A DNA stretch of 64,000 bases, from contig CAXWPH010000015.1 of the NCBI GenBank assembly GCA_963666055.2, forward strand, positions 1,568,001-1,632,000, in the 5' to 3' direction. This stretch comes from Acidobacteriota bacterium (lineage in GTDB: Bacteria; Acidobacteriota; UBA890; WLXD01). Position 1 is the stretch's first letter, and every line of letters starts with the position of its first letter. The notes beneath the pieces are model-generated. The model saw only the letters and a list, made by a program, of their open reading frames with translations. It ran no database searches and had not been told where the DNA came from. The position numbers and the translations under genes are program-made. Below are positions 22,116-31,471 of the stretch, piece after piece.

Positions 22116-22899
22116 CGATCGGTAACTCCAGGGGATGCGAGTGGTTGGTACGACGCGCGACCGCGGGAACAGTCTCGCGCGCGTTGGGTGCGCACAAGGT
22201 CGCGCCGGACGGCGAACGTAGCGGCTACGTTCGATCGCCGTGCCAGACGCACGGCAACCCCGTGCTTGATCTTGCCAGGGCTACGCAACCTACGCCACCG
22301 CTCACGCCTCCAGAAGCCGAAGTGGCGCCGCTTCGCCACCCCTCTCCGCCGCCGCACGATTTGTGGGTATCGATATCAGGGTCGACCGGTTGCTCGACCG
22401 GTCGGATCGCGAAAAACCCCGACAGCGTCAGCGTAGCGATACTCCACGCGCGTGCGGTTGTGCAGGTACACCGGGCTAACGGGTGTAGCAACTTGCACCT
22501 CCCCCGATAACTGGTCATGCCGCTTGCGGCATGCCGACCCCCTGTTACGACCCGCGGCGCGATCCTAGTCCTCTCGCGCACGTACTGAAAGCCTCTTGGC
22601 AAGAACTTCTCGCTTTCTTTTTGGGGGCAATAATCCACGATCCGAGCGGCGGCCTAGAGATCGCGCAGCAACTCGAGGTCACCCGCGACTTGCAGCATCT
22701 CTCGACGGCTGAGCGACGAACGAAAACGAGCCATCGGTCCCCTCGCTGACTCGGCATTGTGCGCCTCGAGCTGGTGCACCGGTGCTCGCCGCGGGCCGAG
22801 TATGATACGGGAGGCAGCGCTGCCGCGAGCCATGGATGGCGATCGGCCCGCCTCGAGTCTCATGCTCGTTGTCGCCACCATGACACCGAAGGCAGAACA

Positions 22900-23844
22900 A
22901 TGAAGGTTCCCGTGGCGCCGGCTGTCGCGCCCCAACAGCCACCGCTGCCGGCAACGGATGGGAATTCGTCACTGCCGATCGCCTACGCCGTCGGCGCTGT
23001 CGCCATCTTTGCCATCCAGGATGCGATCATCAAGCTGCTGGTGGCCGACTATCCAATCATGCAGATCCTCGGCCTGCGCAGCTTGGTGATGTTGATTCCG
23101 GCCGCCATCCTGCTGCGCGCCGAAGGCGGACTGCGATGTCTCCGCACCGATCGGGCACGAGAGCAGGCGCTCCGTTGCCTGTTGACCCTCTTGACCTGGC
23201 TTACCTTCTACTTCGCCATCGCCAGTCTGCCACTGGGCGAGTTGGCGGCGATCGTCTTCTCGGCGCCGCTGATAATCACGGCGCTGTCGGGACCGCTGCT
23301 CGGGGAGCACGTCGGGGCGCACCGCTGGACAGCTCTGTTGATCGGTTTTCTGGGTGTGCTGCTGATCGTACGGCCGACCGGTGATGCTGCTGTCGACTGG
23401 GCCGGGGTTGCGGCGCTTGCCTCGAGCTTTTTCTACGCTCTTGCGATGATCCAGACGCGCCGGTTGACGCGTACGGATTCCAGCGCCGGGATGCTGGTGT
23501 ATAGCGCCGTCTTCATGACGCTGGTGTCGATTGTCACCTGGCCTTTTCAATGGGTCACTCCCGGAAGATTCGACCTCCTGCTGCTGGTGACACTGGGCCT
23601 GCTTGGCGGGTTCTCGCACTACGCGATGATCCAGGCATATCGCCTGGCACCGGTTTACGTGGTGGCGCCATTCGATTACACGCACCTGGTGTGGGCGATG
23701 GCGCTTGGCTACCTGATCTGGGCCGAGGTTCCGACCGTCGGGATGCTGGTCGGCGCCACGGTGGTTGTCAGCAGTGGTCTCTACGTGCTGGGCCGCGAGG
23801 CTCACCTCAAGCGGCGCCGCGTAGGGCTGAGGGCGGCGGGCTGA
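22900..23844 (+). CDS. DMT/EamA family transporter
   Basis: About 10 TM segments, LLGEHVG..RW, APFDYTHLVW. Confidence 0.88.
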   Translation: MKVPVAPAVAPQQPPLPATDGNSSLPIAYAVGAVAIFAIQDAIIKLLVADYPIMQILGLRSLVMLIPAAILLRAEGGLRCLRTDRAREQALRCLLTLLTWLTFYFAIASLPLGELAAIVFSAPLIITALSGPLLGEHVGAHRWTALLIGFLGVLLIVRPTGDAAVDWAGVAALASSFFYALAMIQTRRLTRTDSSAGMLVYSAVFMTLVSIVTWPFQWVTPGRFDLLLLVTLGLLGGFSHYAMIQAYRLAPVYVVAPFDYTHLVWAMALGYLIWAEVPTVGMLVGATVVVSSGLYVLGREAHLKRRRVGLRAAG

Positions 23845-23976
23845 GAGCGCTAAGCTGGCGCCTCAGTGACGTTGCCGATTCAAACGCCCAACAGATCGTC
23901 GCTCACCGTTAGCCGGCGCCGCAGGCCATGCGGTCTGACGTCGAGCGGGCTCGACGTCGACGCTTGGCATCGGGAG

Positions 23977-24531
23977 ATGGCAGAATCGGCCGCCGTGAGC
24001 AATACGGCGAAGATCGGTATCGTGACGGTCTCGGATCGAGCCAGCCGCGGTGAGTACGAGGATCGCGGCGGACCGGCTATCCGGAGCTATCTTAGCGAGC
24101 TCCTTACCTCGGAATGGGAGCCGGTGGCACGCCTGATTCCCGATGAGCGGCTGGTGATCGAGAATACGCTGCGCGATCTCTGCGACAACGAGGGGTGTTG
24201 CCTGGTGGTTACCACCGGCGGAACCGGTCCTGCGGCGCGCGACATCACCCCCGAGGCCACCGAGGCGGTGAGCGTCAAGCTCATGCCGGGCTTCGGGGAG
24301 CTCATGCGCACGGTGTCGCTGCGCGCTGTTCCTACGGCGATCCTGTCGCGCCAGACGGCCGGCATCCGGGGAAGTAGCTTGATCCTGAACCTCCCGGGAC
24401 AGCCGAAGGCGATCGCCGAGTGCCTGGATGCGGTGTTTCCGGCGATTCCGTACTGTGTTGACCTGATCGGTGGCCCGTACCTGACGACGGACGCGGCCAG
24501 GCTCGTTGCCTTCCGGCCCAAGAAAAAGTGA
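23977..24531 (+). CDS. mog: Molybdopterin adenylyltransferase
   Basis: IVTVSDRASRG, TTGGTGPAARDITPEAT, MPGFGE, LSRQTAGIRG, NLPGQPKAI; start could instead be GTG 23995. Confidence 0.92.
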   Translation: MAESAAVSNTAKIGIVTVSDRASRGEYEDRGGPAIRSYLSELLTSEWEPVARLIPDERLVIENTLRDLCDNEGCCLVVTTGGTGPAARDITPEATEAVSVKLMPGFGELMRTVSLRAVPTAILSRQTAGIRGSSLILNLPGQPKAIAECLDAVFPAIPYCVDLIGGPYLTTDAARLVAFRPKKK

Positions 24532-24575
24532 ATCGTGCCGCTCAGCGTCGGTCCGCTGAGACGCAGGAGTGCCTG

Positions 24576-25802
24576 ATGCAGCTGATACGCCCGTTCCGTG
24601 CCCTGCGATCGACACCCGAGAGCGTCGGCCATGTCGCCGCTCCGCCCTACGATGTGCTCGACAGCGAGGAGGCGCGACGCCTGGTTGGCGACAACGCCGA
24701 CTCGTTCCTGCACGTGTCCAAGCCAGAGATCGATTTCCCGCCGGGCACCGACCCGCACGCGCCCGAGGTGCACGCCCGCGGCCGGGCGAATCTCGATCGG
24801 CTGATCGACGAGGGCTTGCTGCGGCGCGACGAGGTCCCTTGTCTGTACGTTTACCGGATCGTCATGGGCGAACACACCCAGACCGGGGTGGTGGCCGCCG
24901 CCAGCATTGCCGCTTACCTGGATGGCCGCATCCGGCTGCATGAGCACACCAAGGACGACAAGGTCGACGATCGTGCTCGCAACGCTGACGCCCTCGACGC
25001 ACACACCGGCACGCTGTTCCTGACGCATCGCGCCGACCCTGAGGTCGATCGACTGGTAGCCGACTGCCGCACGCAACTGCCGGCCCTCGACGTGCCCTGC
25101 GAGGACGGTGTACGGCACACCCTCTGGGTGGTTTCGGAGCCCGCGGCGTTGGTGGCGGCGTTCAACGCCATGCCGGCGGTGTACATGGCCGATGGTCACC
25201 ACCGCTCGGCGGCGGCGGCCAAGCTGTACGAATGGCGTCAGGAGCGGCGCGCGGCGGGAGAAGAGGTGGGTGGTGCCGATTGGTTTCTGGCGGTGATATT
25301 TCCCCACGACCAGGTGCAGATCCTGCCCTATAACCGCGTCGTGTCGACGCTTGGCGGGCGCACCGCCGACGAGCTGATCGAAGCCCTCGGCGACGCGTTC
25401 ACCGTGGAGTCTAGCGACGGCGCCGTGCAGCCGTCGCGCCCGGGAGCGTTCGGCCTTTACGTCGCGGGTCGCTGGTACCGGCTAGAGATCGACCCGGAAC
25501 GGGTTCCCGCAGATGCGCTCGGCCGGCTCGACATCAACCTGCTGGGCGCTAATTGTCTGGGGCCGCTGCTCGGCATCGAGGATCAGCGTACCGACGACCG
25601 CATCGAGTTCGTCGGCGGTATCCGCGGCCTGGAGGAGCTCGAGCGACGTGTGGACAACGGTGAGATGAAGGCCGCGTTCTCCTTCTACCCCACGCAGCTC
25701 GCCGACGTCCTGGCAGTCGCCGACGCCGGCGAGGTGATGCCGCCGAAGTCGACCTGGTTCGAGCCCAAGCTGCGCGACGGCTTGGTGGTGTTGCCCCTCT
25801 AG
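24576..25802 (+). CDS. DUF1015 family protein
   Basis: PFRALR, PPYDV, HEHT, ADGHHR, MPPKSTWFEPKLRDGL; AGGAG RBS. Confidence 0.88.
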   Translation: MQLIRPFRALRSTPESVGHVAAPPYDVLDSEEARRLVGDNADSFLHVSKPEIDFPPGTDPHAPEVHARGRANLDRLIDEGLLRRDEVPCLYVYRIVMGEHTQTGVVAAASIAAYLDGRIRLHEHTKDDKVDDRARNADALDAHTGTLFLTHRADPEVDRLVADCRTQLPALDVPCEDGVRHTLWVVSEPAALVAAFNAMPAVYMADGHHRSAAAAKLYEWRQERRAAGEEVGGADWFLAVIFPHDQVQILPYNRVVSTLGGRTADELIEALGDAFTVESSDGAVQPSRPGAFGLYVAGRWYRLEIDPERVPADALGRLDINLLGANCLGPLLGIEDQRTDDRIEFVGGIRGLEELERRVDNGEMKAAFSFYPTQLADVLAVADAGEVMPPKSTWFEPKLRDGLVVLPL

Positions 25803-26076
25803 CAGGCCGTGGTGAAAGTGTGGTGGTCTGGCGACAGGGACTTGCGAAGTGGAGGCAAGGAGAGAGGAGAAGGCGATGGTTACCCCATCGTTGACGAGGA
25901 ACGACGCAGCATACGCGCGCAACCCCCTGTCGCCCTAAGGGTTACGGCGATTTGGGGCCATCTGCAGCGTTGGCCTTCCTGGACGATGGCTAGGGCATCG
26001 CCTGTGTCCGGCCGCCTTGTATCCGGCCCCAACTCGCCGTAACCAGACCCACCACACTTTCACCACGGCCTGCTAG
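25799..26076. mobile_element. MITE-like non-autonomous element, CTAG-flanked, two inverted structured units
   Basis: 28-bp perfect terminal inverted repeat CTAGCAGGCCGTGGTGAAAGTGTGGTGG (including CTAG); no coding capacity; related copies elsewhere in the window. Confidence 0.8.
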
Positions 26077-26281
26077 TTCCGACCGTGTCGGCGCACGGGC
26101 AAGATCTTTCGCCGAATCCATCGCAGAGCTGCGCTCATCGTTCGTCGCCCTAGTGGTTGGGGACCTCGAACAACAACACGTAATCGCGACTCGGTTTGCC
26201 TCTCGCGGTCTCTCTGTTGTTGCGCGCCCGAGGTGAGCTCGCTTGATCGCGCCGCCGTTGCGCCAGTACGCTGCCGTTGAG

Positions 26282-26872
26282 ATGAGCATGGAGCCAGCGG
26301 AGCAGGACGACCATCGGGTGACCGAGCTGTTGCTCGGCTGGAGCGAGGGGGACGACGAGTCGCGCGATCGCCTGATGGACATCGTCTATCAGGAGCTGCG
26401 ACGCATCGCCGGCGCCCAGCTACGTGGCGAGCGCCGCGGGCACACGCTTCAGGCTACGGCTCTGGTCAACGAGGCCTACTTGCGCCTTGTGGACCAGAAT
26501 CGTGTTCAGTGGAAGAATCGCGCCCACTTCTTCGGCATTGCTGCGCGGCTCATGCGGCGAATCCTGGTGGACCATGCGCGCCGTCAGCGGGCCGAGAAGC
26601 GCGGCGGCGGCGCGACGCTCCTGGCGATCAACGAGGAGGTCGTGGCTGGACCCGAGCGCGACTTCGACCTCGTAGCCCTGGACGACGCTCTCGAAGAGCT
26701 GCAATCGTTCGATGCCCGGGCGGCTCAGCTCGTCGAGCTGCGCTTCTTCGGTGGTCTCACCATCGAGGAGACCAGCGAGGTGATGGAGCTGTCGCCGGCG
26801 ACCATCAAGCGCGAGTGGAGCACCGCCCGCGCCTGGCTGCACCGCGAGATCGTATCCGGGCAAGTCGAGTGA
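26282..26872 (+). CDS. ECF sigma factor (TIGR02999-like, kinase-associated)
   Basis: VTELLL.W, VYQELRRIA, HTLQATALVNEAYLRL, RRILVDHAR..AEKRGG, ELRFFGG, ARAWL. Confidence 0.92.
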   Translation: MSMEPAEQDDHRVTELLLGWSEGDDESRDRLMDIVYQELRRIAGAQLRGERRGHTLQATALVNEAYLRLVDQNRVQWKNRAHFFGIAARLMRRILVDHARRQRAEKRGGGATLLAINEEVVAGPERDFDLVALDDALEELQSFDARAAQLVELRFFGGLTIEETSEVMELSPATIKREWSTARAWLHREIVSGQVE

Positions 26873-29480
26873 ACCCGGAGCGTTGGCGACGGGTGAAGGA
26901 GCTCTTCCAGCAGGCTCTCCAGATGCCTGCCGGCGAGCGCCAGGCGTTCATCGAGGCCGCCACCGCCGCCGACGAGTCATTACGAAAGGAGGTTCACACG
27001 CTGCTGTCGTCACACGATGCAGCGACCGACTTCCTGAACAACCCACCGCGGGCGGCGGCGGCCGAGGTCACCGAGTTGCACGATCGCGCCTCGCGCGTCG
27101 GAGACCATATCGGCCCCTACAAGGTGCTTCGCCGTATCGGGCGAGGCGGTACGGGCAGCGTCTACCTCGCAGTGCGCGACGACGACGAGTTCCAACGGCG
27201 CGTCGCCATCAAGCTCGTGCGGCGCGGCATGGCGACGGCCGACATTTTGCGGCGCTTCCGCAGCGAGCGTCAGATCCTCGCTAGCATCGACCACCCCTAC
27301 ATTGCACACCTGCTCGACGGTGGCTCCACCGATGACGGTGTTCCCTACTTCGTCATGGAGTACATCGAGGGCGAGCCGATCAACGTCTATTGCGACCGTA
27401 ACCGGCTGTCGATCGAGGAGCGCCTGGCGCTTTTCTGCCAGGTGTGCTCGGCCGTCCAGGTCGCGCACCAGAACTTGGTGGTGCATCGCGATATCAAGCC
27501 GGGGAACATCCTGGTATCGGCGGCCGGCGTTCCCAAGCTGCTCGACTTCGGGATTGCCAAGCTGCTCAACCCAGAGCTATCGGCCGCTGTGGATGACCCG
27601 ACGCTGCTCGAGCTGCGTGTCATGACACCAGAATACGCCAGCCCCGAGCAGATGCGCGGCGGTGCCATCACCACCGCCAGCGACGTGTACTCGCTCGGCA
27701 TCTTGCTATATGAGCTGCTGGCTGGTCGACGACCGTATCAACTCGACAACCTGCCGATGCCGGACATGGAGTTGGTGGTCTGCACCACCCACCCCTCGCG
27801 TCCGAGCGATGCTGTCTCGCAGCCGGATGTTGCGCGAGTTTCGGAGGGATCCGTACCGATCGATGCCGCGACCGTGGCACAGGCGCGTGGCGAGGCACCG
27901 GAGCGCCTGCGACGGGCGCTTGCCGGTGATCTCGACAACATCGTGCTCATGGCCCTGCGCAAGGAGCCCAATCGACGCTACTCCTCGGTCGAACACTTCG
28001 CCGACGACATTCAGCGCCATCTGAAGGGGCTGCCGGTGACCGCCCGAGCCGACACGCTCGGCTATCGCGTCGGAAAGTTCGTCGGACGCCATCGCCTGGG
28101 AGTGGCAGTGGGAATAACGGCGGTGTTGTTCGGGCTGGCGTTGGCGACGACGATTGTCGTGCAGGCCGGTCAGGTGGCTGCTGAGCGGGACCGTGCCCAG
28201 CGGGCGGCGGAGCGTGCCACGGCGGTCAGCGACTTTCTACAAGAGATCATGGCGTCAGCCGACCCGATCGAGGGAATGGGTCGCGACGTGACGGTGATCG
28301 AGTCCGTCGAGGCGGCGGTTCCTAGGATCGGCAGCACCTTCGACAATCAGCCCCACCTTCAGGCGGCGGTCCGCCATACGATCGGCACGACGTTCTTGCG
28401 GCTGGGGCGGCTCGAAGAGGCGGAGGAGCAGCTGCGATTGGCATTGGCGATCCGCAGGGAGATGAACGGCGCGGCGAATCTCGACGTTGCCGCCACCCTC
28501 AACAGCTTGGGTGAGGTGCTCTACGATCGCGGTGATCTTGAAGGCTCCGAGCAGCTGTTCCGTGAGTCGTTGGAGATGCGCGAGGCGTTGCTCGGCCGCG
28601 AGCATGCCGACGTCGCTTGGGTACTCGACAACGTTGCCAACACCGCTCACGATCGCGGCGATCTCGACCAGGCCGAGAGCATGTACCGCGAGGTCCTGCA
28701 GATTCGACGTCTGGTGTTGAGCCCGGAACACCAGGACATCGCCTCCAGCCTCAACAATCTGGCGTCGATTCACCACGACCGTGCCGAGCTCGATGACGCG
28801 GAGCGCCTCTATCGGGAGTCGCTCGCCCTCTCCAGGGTGGCCCTCGGCGACGAGCACCCGGACGTTGCGACCTCGTTGGCGAACTTGGCGGCGTTGCTGC
28901 TCTGCCTCGTCAGCGTTCTGACGAGGCAGAGCCGCTGCTCCGGGAGGCGCTCCGCATGAACCGCAAGCTGCTGGGCGACCAGCATCCGGGGGTGGTCAAC
29001 GCGCTCGAAAACCTCGCCGCGTTGCTCGAGGAGCGTGGCGCCATCGATGAGGCACGGGAGCTCTTCTTCGAATCGTTGCAGACGTCGCGACAGATTTGGG
29101 GCGCTGGTCTCATGGTGGCGGACACGCTGACCAGCCTCGCTCACCTAGAGTTGAGCAGCGACCGGCCGGCGGCTGCCGAGCCCTACTTCGCCGAGGCTCT
29201 GGAATTGACGCGTCGCGTCCGCGACGCCGACCACCCCGCTCTGACCTGGCTCAACGCCTCCTATGGCTACTGCCTGTTCGAGCTCGGGCGCTACGAAGAA
29301 TCGGAGCGGGCTTTGCTCGAAGCGCTTAGCGCCGAGCAGAAGCGTGAGGAGCAGGACGCCGCCCTGCTAGGCGGTATCGCCGCCGACCTGGTCGCTTTGT
29401 ACGAGGCGTGGGGTCACCTCGATGAGGCTGCCGCCTACCGCGTCCTTGCGCAGGGTGCGACGCACGACACCGAGCACTAG
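26869..29480 (+). pseudogene. Membrane Ser/Thr kinase with TPR repeats, split by a frameshift near 28900-28920 (ORFs 26869-28959 and 28956-29480)
   Basis: GRGGTGSVY, VAIK, HRDIKPGN, DFG, YASPE, a TM helix, then HPDVA..NLA TPRs; the repeat continues as DEAEPLLREALRMNRK in another frame. Confidence 0.8.
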
Positions 29481-29516
29481 CGGCCCTTCCACCACGGCCT
29501 GCTAGCGGCCCTTCCA
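29477..29516. repeat. MITE-end remnant within a 15-bp direct repeat
   Basis: CTAGCGGCCCTTCCA at 29477 and 29502; ccaccacggcctgctag 29489-29505 matches the element end. Confidence 0.6.
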
Positions 29517-30287
29517 GTCGGGCTGACGTTTCTCCAAGAACGCCCGGACACCTTCGTCGGCGTCTTCGGAGGTGACGGCGGCGATCACCGCCGGAAGGCG
29601 TTGTGCGGCGGCCTCGGCGACGCTCAGGTGACCGGTTCCCCGCATCACTTGTTTGATCGCTCGTGTCGCCAGCGGCGCGCAGGCGAGGATGTCTGCCACC
29701 CAGCGGTCCACTGCTTCGTCGAGCTGCGCTCGGGCGACCACCTCGTTGACGAGCCCGAGGCGCTTGGCCTCGGTTGCATCGATGCGGCGCCCGGTGAGCA
29801 GAAGGCCCAGGGCGGCTTTCTCGTGGATCTTGCGACTCAGCAGCGTCATTCCGCCGTCCAAGGGTAGCCGTCCAACACGCGGCTCGGGGAACCCGAACTG
29901 AGCGTCGTCACAGGCCACGGCGATATCACATCCGAGTAGCATCTCCATGCCGCCGCCCAGCGCGTAGCCGTTCACGCGAGCCACCACGGGGGTGATCAGC
30001 TGGTCGTTCATTGCCAGGCCGGCAAAGCCACCGGGGCGGGCGCTCGCCAAGTATTCCAGCCCCGTGACCTCCTCGCCCTCAGCGGCGCTCTTGAGGTCGG
30101 CGCCGACGCAGAACGCACGATCGCCAGCTCCGGTCACCACGATGACGCGGACGTCTCGATTGTTCTCGAGCTCGTCCCACAGGGCCCGTAACTCTCGCTC
30201 GGTTGCCTGGTCGATGGCGTTGAGCACCTCGGGACGATCGATGGTCACGCGCGCCACGTGGTCAGCTACCTGCAGCTGAACGCTCAT
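29502..30287 (-). CDS. Enoyl-CoA hydratase/isomerase (crotonase) family
   Basis: RPEVLNAI, AFCVGADL, VNGYALGGGME, PEPRVG, EGVRAFLEKR. Confidence 0.92.
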   Translation of the reverse strand: MSVQLQVADHVARVTIDRPEVLNAIDQATERELRALWDELENNRDVRVIVVTGAGDRAFCVGADLKSAAEGEEVTGLEYLASARPGGFAGLAMNDQLITPVVARVNGYALGGGMEMLLGCDIAVACDDAQFGFPEPRVGRLPLDGGMTLLSRKIHEKAALGLLLTGRRIDATEAKRLGLVNEVVARAQLDEAVDRWVADILACAPLATRAIKQVMRGTGHLSVAEAAAQRLPAVIAAVTSEDADEGVRAFLEKRQPDWKGR

Positions 30288-31471
30288 GCCACGACACCGC
30301 GCGAGCGCAACACGGCGATAGCCTCGGCATCGTAGCCGAGCTCAGCGAGGATGGCGTCGGAGTGCTCGCCGAGTCGCGGCGGCGCTTCGGCACGTCGTGT
30401 GCGCGTCCCGCCTATTACGATGGGGGTGGCCACGGCGCGCAGACTGGACCCGCTCGGATGCGTCATCGCCATCACCATGTCATTGACAGCTGTTTGCTCA
30501 TCGGCCAGAGCCTCACCCAGCGATCGGACCGGAGCGCAAAGCAGATCGTGTTTCTCCAACACCTCGATCCAGTAGGTGGTGCCCTGTTGCGAGAATCTCT
30601 GGCGGAAAATCGCTTGCAGCTCGCTACGGTTCTTGACCATCTGACGCATGGAGTCGAAGCGTGGATCCTGGGACAGGTCTTCGATGCCAAGGGCCATCGA
30701 GATGTCTCGTAGCGGGTGGCGCTTGAAGGCGCCGACCATCACCAGCGCCCCGTCGGTGGTCGCGAACACGCCGGAGAGCGGCATGGCGCCCCAGTTGAGA
30801 TCGTGCTCGCGCATCAGCCACATCGACGCCTCCTGCATCTGCATCGCCAGCATGGCGTCGTAGAGCGAGACTTCGACCTCCTGGCCCTTGCCGCTTTGCT
30901 GCCGTTCCAGCAGCGCCAGAAGAATTCCCTGCACCAGATGCATGCCGGCGGCGTAGTCGGCCAGCGCGGTTGGGTACACGCTGAGCGGCTCATCAGGGTT
31001 CGACCGCCTGGCCATCACGCCGGAGACCGCCTGCGCGAGGATGTCCTGCCCGCCCTTGTGGGCGTTGGGGCCGCTGCGCCCGAAGCCTGTGCCGACGGCG
31101 TAGATGATGCCGGGATTGATCTCCGCCAGCTGCTCGTAACTCAGTCCCATGCGCTCCATTACGCCGGCGCGGAAATTGTTGGCGACGATGTCGGCGTGGC
31201 GCAACAGCTCGATGAGGATCTGGTGACCTTCGGTGGACTTCAGATCGAGTGCCAGGCTGCGCTTGTTGCGGTTGAGGCTGCCGAACACCGGGTTGTCGGG
31301 TCCATCGGGGTCGTCGGGTAGCGCCCACCGCATGAGGTCGCCGCTGCCCGGTCGCTCGATCTTGATGACGTCGGCACCGTAGTCGCCCAGAACCTGCGTG
31401 GCACAGGGGCCGAGCATCGCCTGGGTCAGGTCGACGACCCGCATGCCGCTCAAGGGAAGCGTGCTGCTCAA
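30284..31471 (-). CDS. CaiB/BaiF family (class III) CoA-transferase
   Basis: GADVIKIERP..GD, NRNKRSLALDLK, NFRAGVMERMGL, D in GQDILAQ, PPRLGEH; TTG start overlaps the upstream stop. Confidence 0.92.
   Translation of the reverse strand: MSSTLPLSGMRVVDLTQAMLGPCATQVLGDYGADVIKIERPGSGDLMRWALPDDPDGPDNPVFGSLNRNKRSLALDLKSTEGHQILIELLRHADIVANNFRAGVMERMGLSYEQLAEINPGIIYAVGTGFGRSGPNAHKGGQDILAQAVSGVMARRSNPDEPLSVYPTALADYAAGMHLVQGILLALLERQQSGKGQEVEVSLYDAMLAMQMQEASMWLMREHDLNWGAMPLSGVFATTDGALVMVGAFKRHPLRDISMALGIEDLSQDPRFDSMRQMVKNRSELQAIFRQRFSQQGTTYWIEVLEKHDLLCAPVRSLGEALADEQTAVNDMVMAMTHPSGSSLRAVATPIVIGGTRTRRAEAPPRLGEHSDAILAELGYDAEAIAVLRSRGVVA

Noticed and set aside
23845-23976. Moco riboswitch upstream of mog
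   Set aside because: Only a perfect palindrome GACGTCGAGC-gg-GCTCGACGTC (23937-23958); no recognisable Moco RNA consensus
25809-26042. 77-aa ORF inside the MITE
   Set aside because: Lies wholly within the repeat; no RBS or protein features
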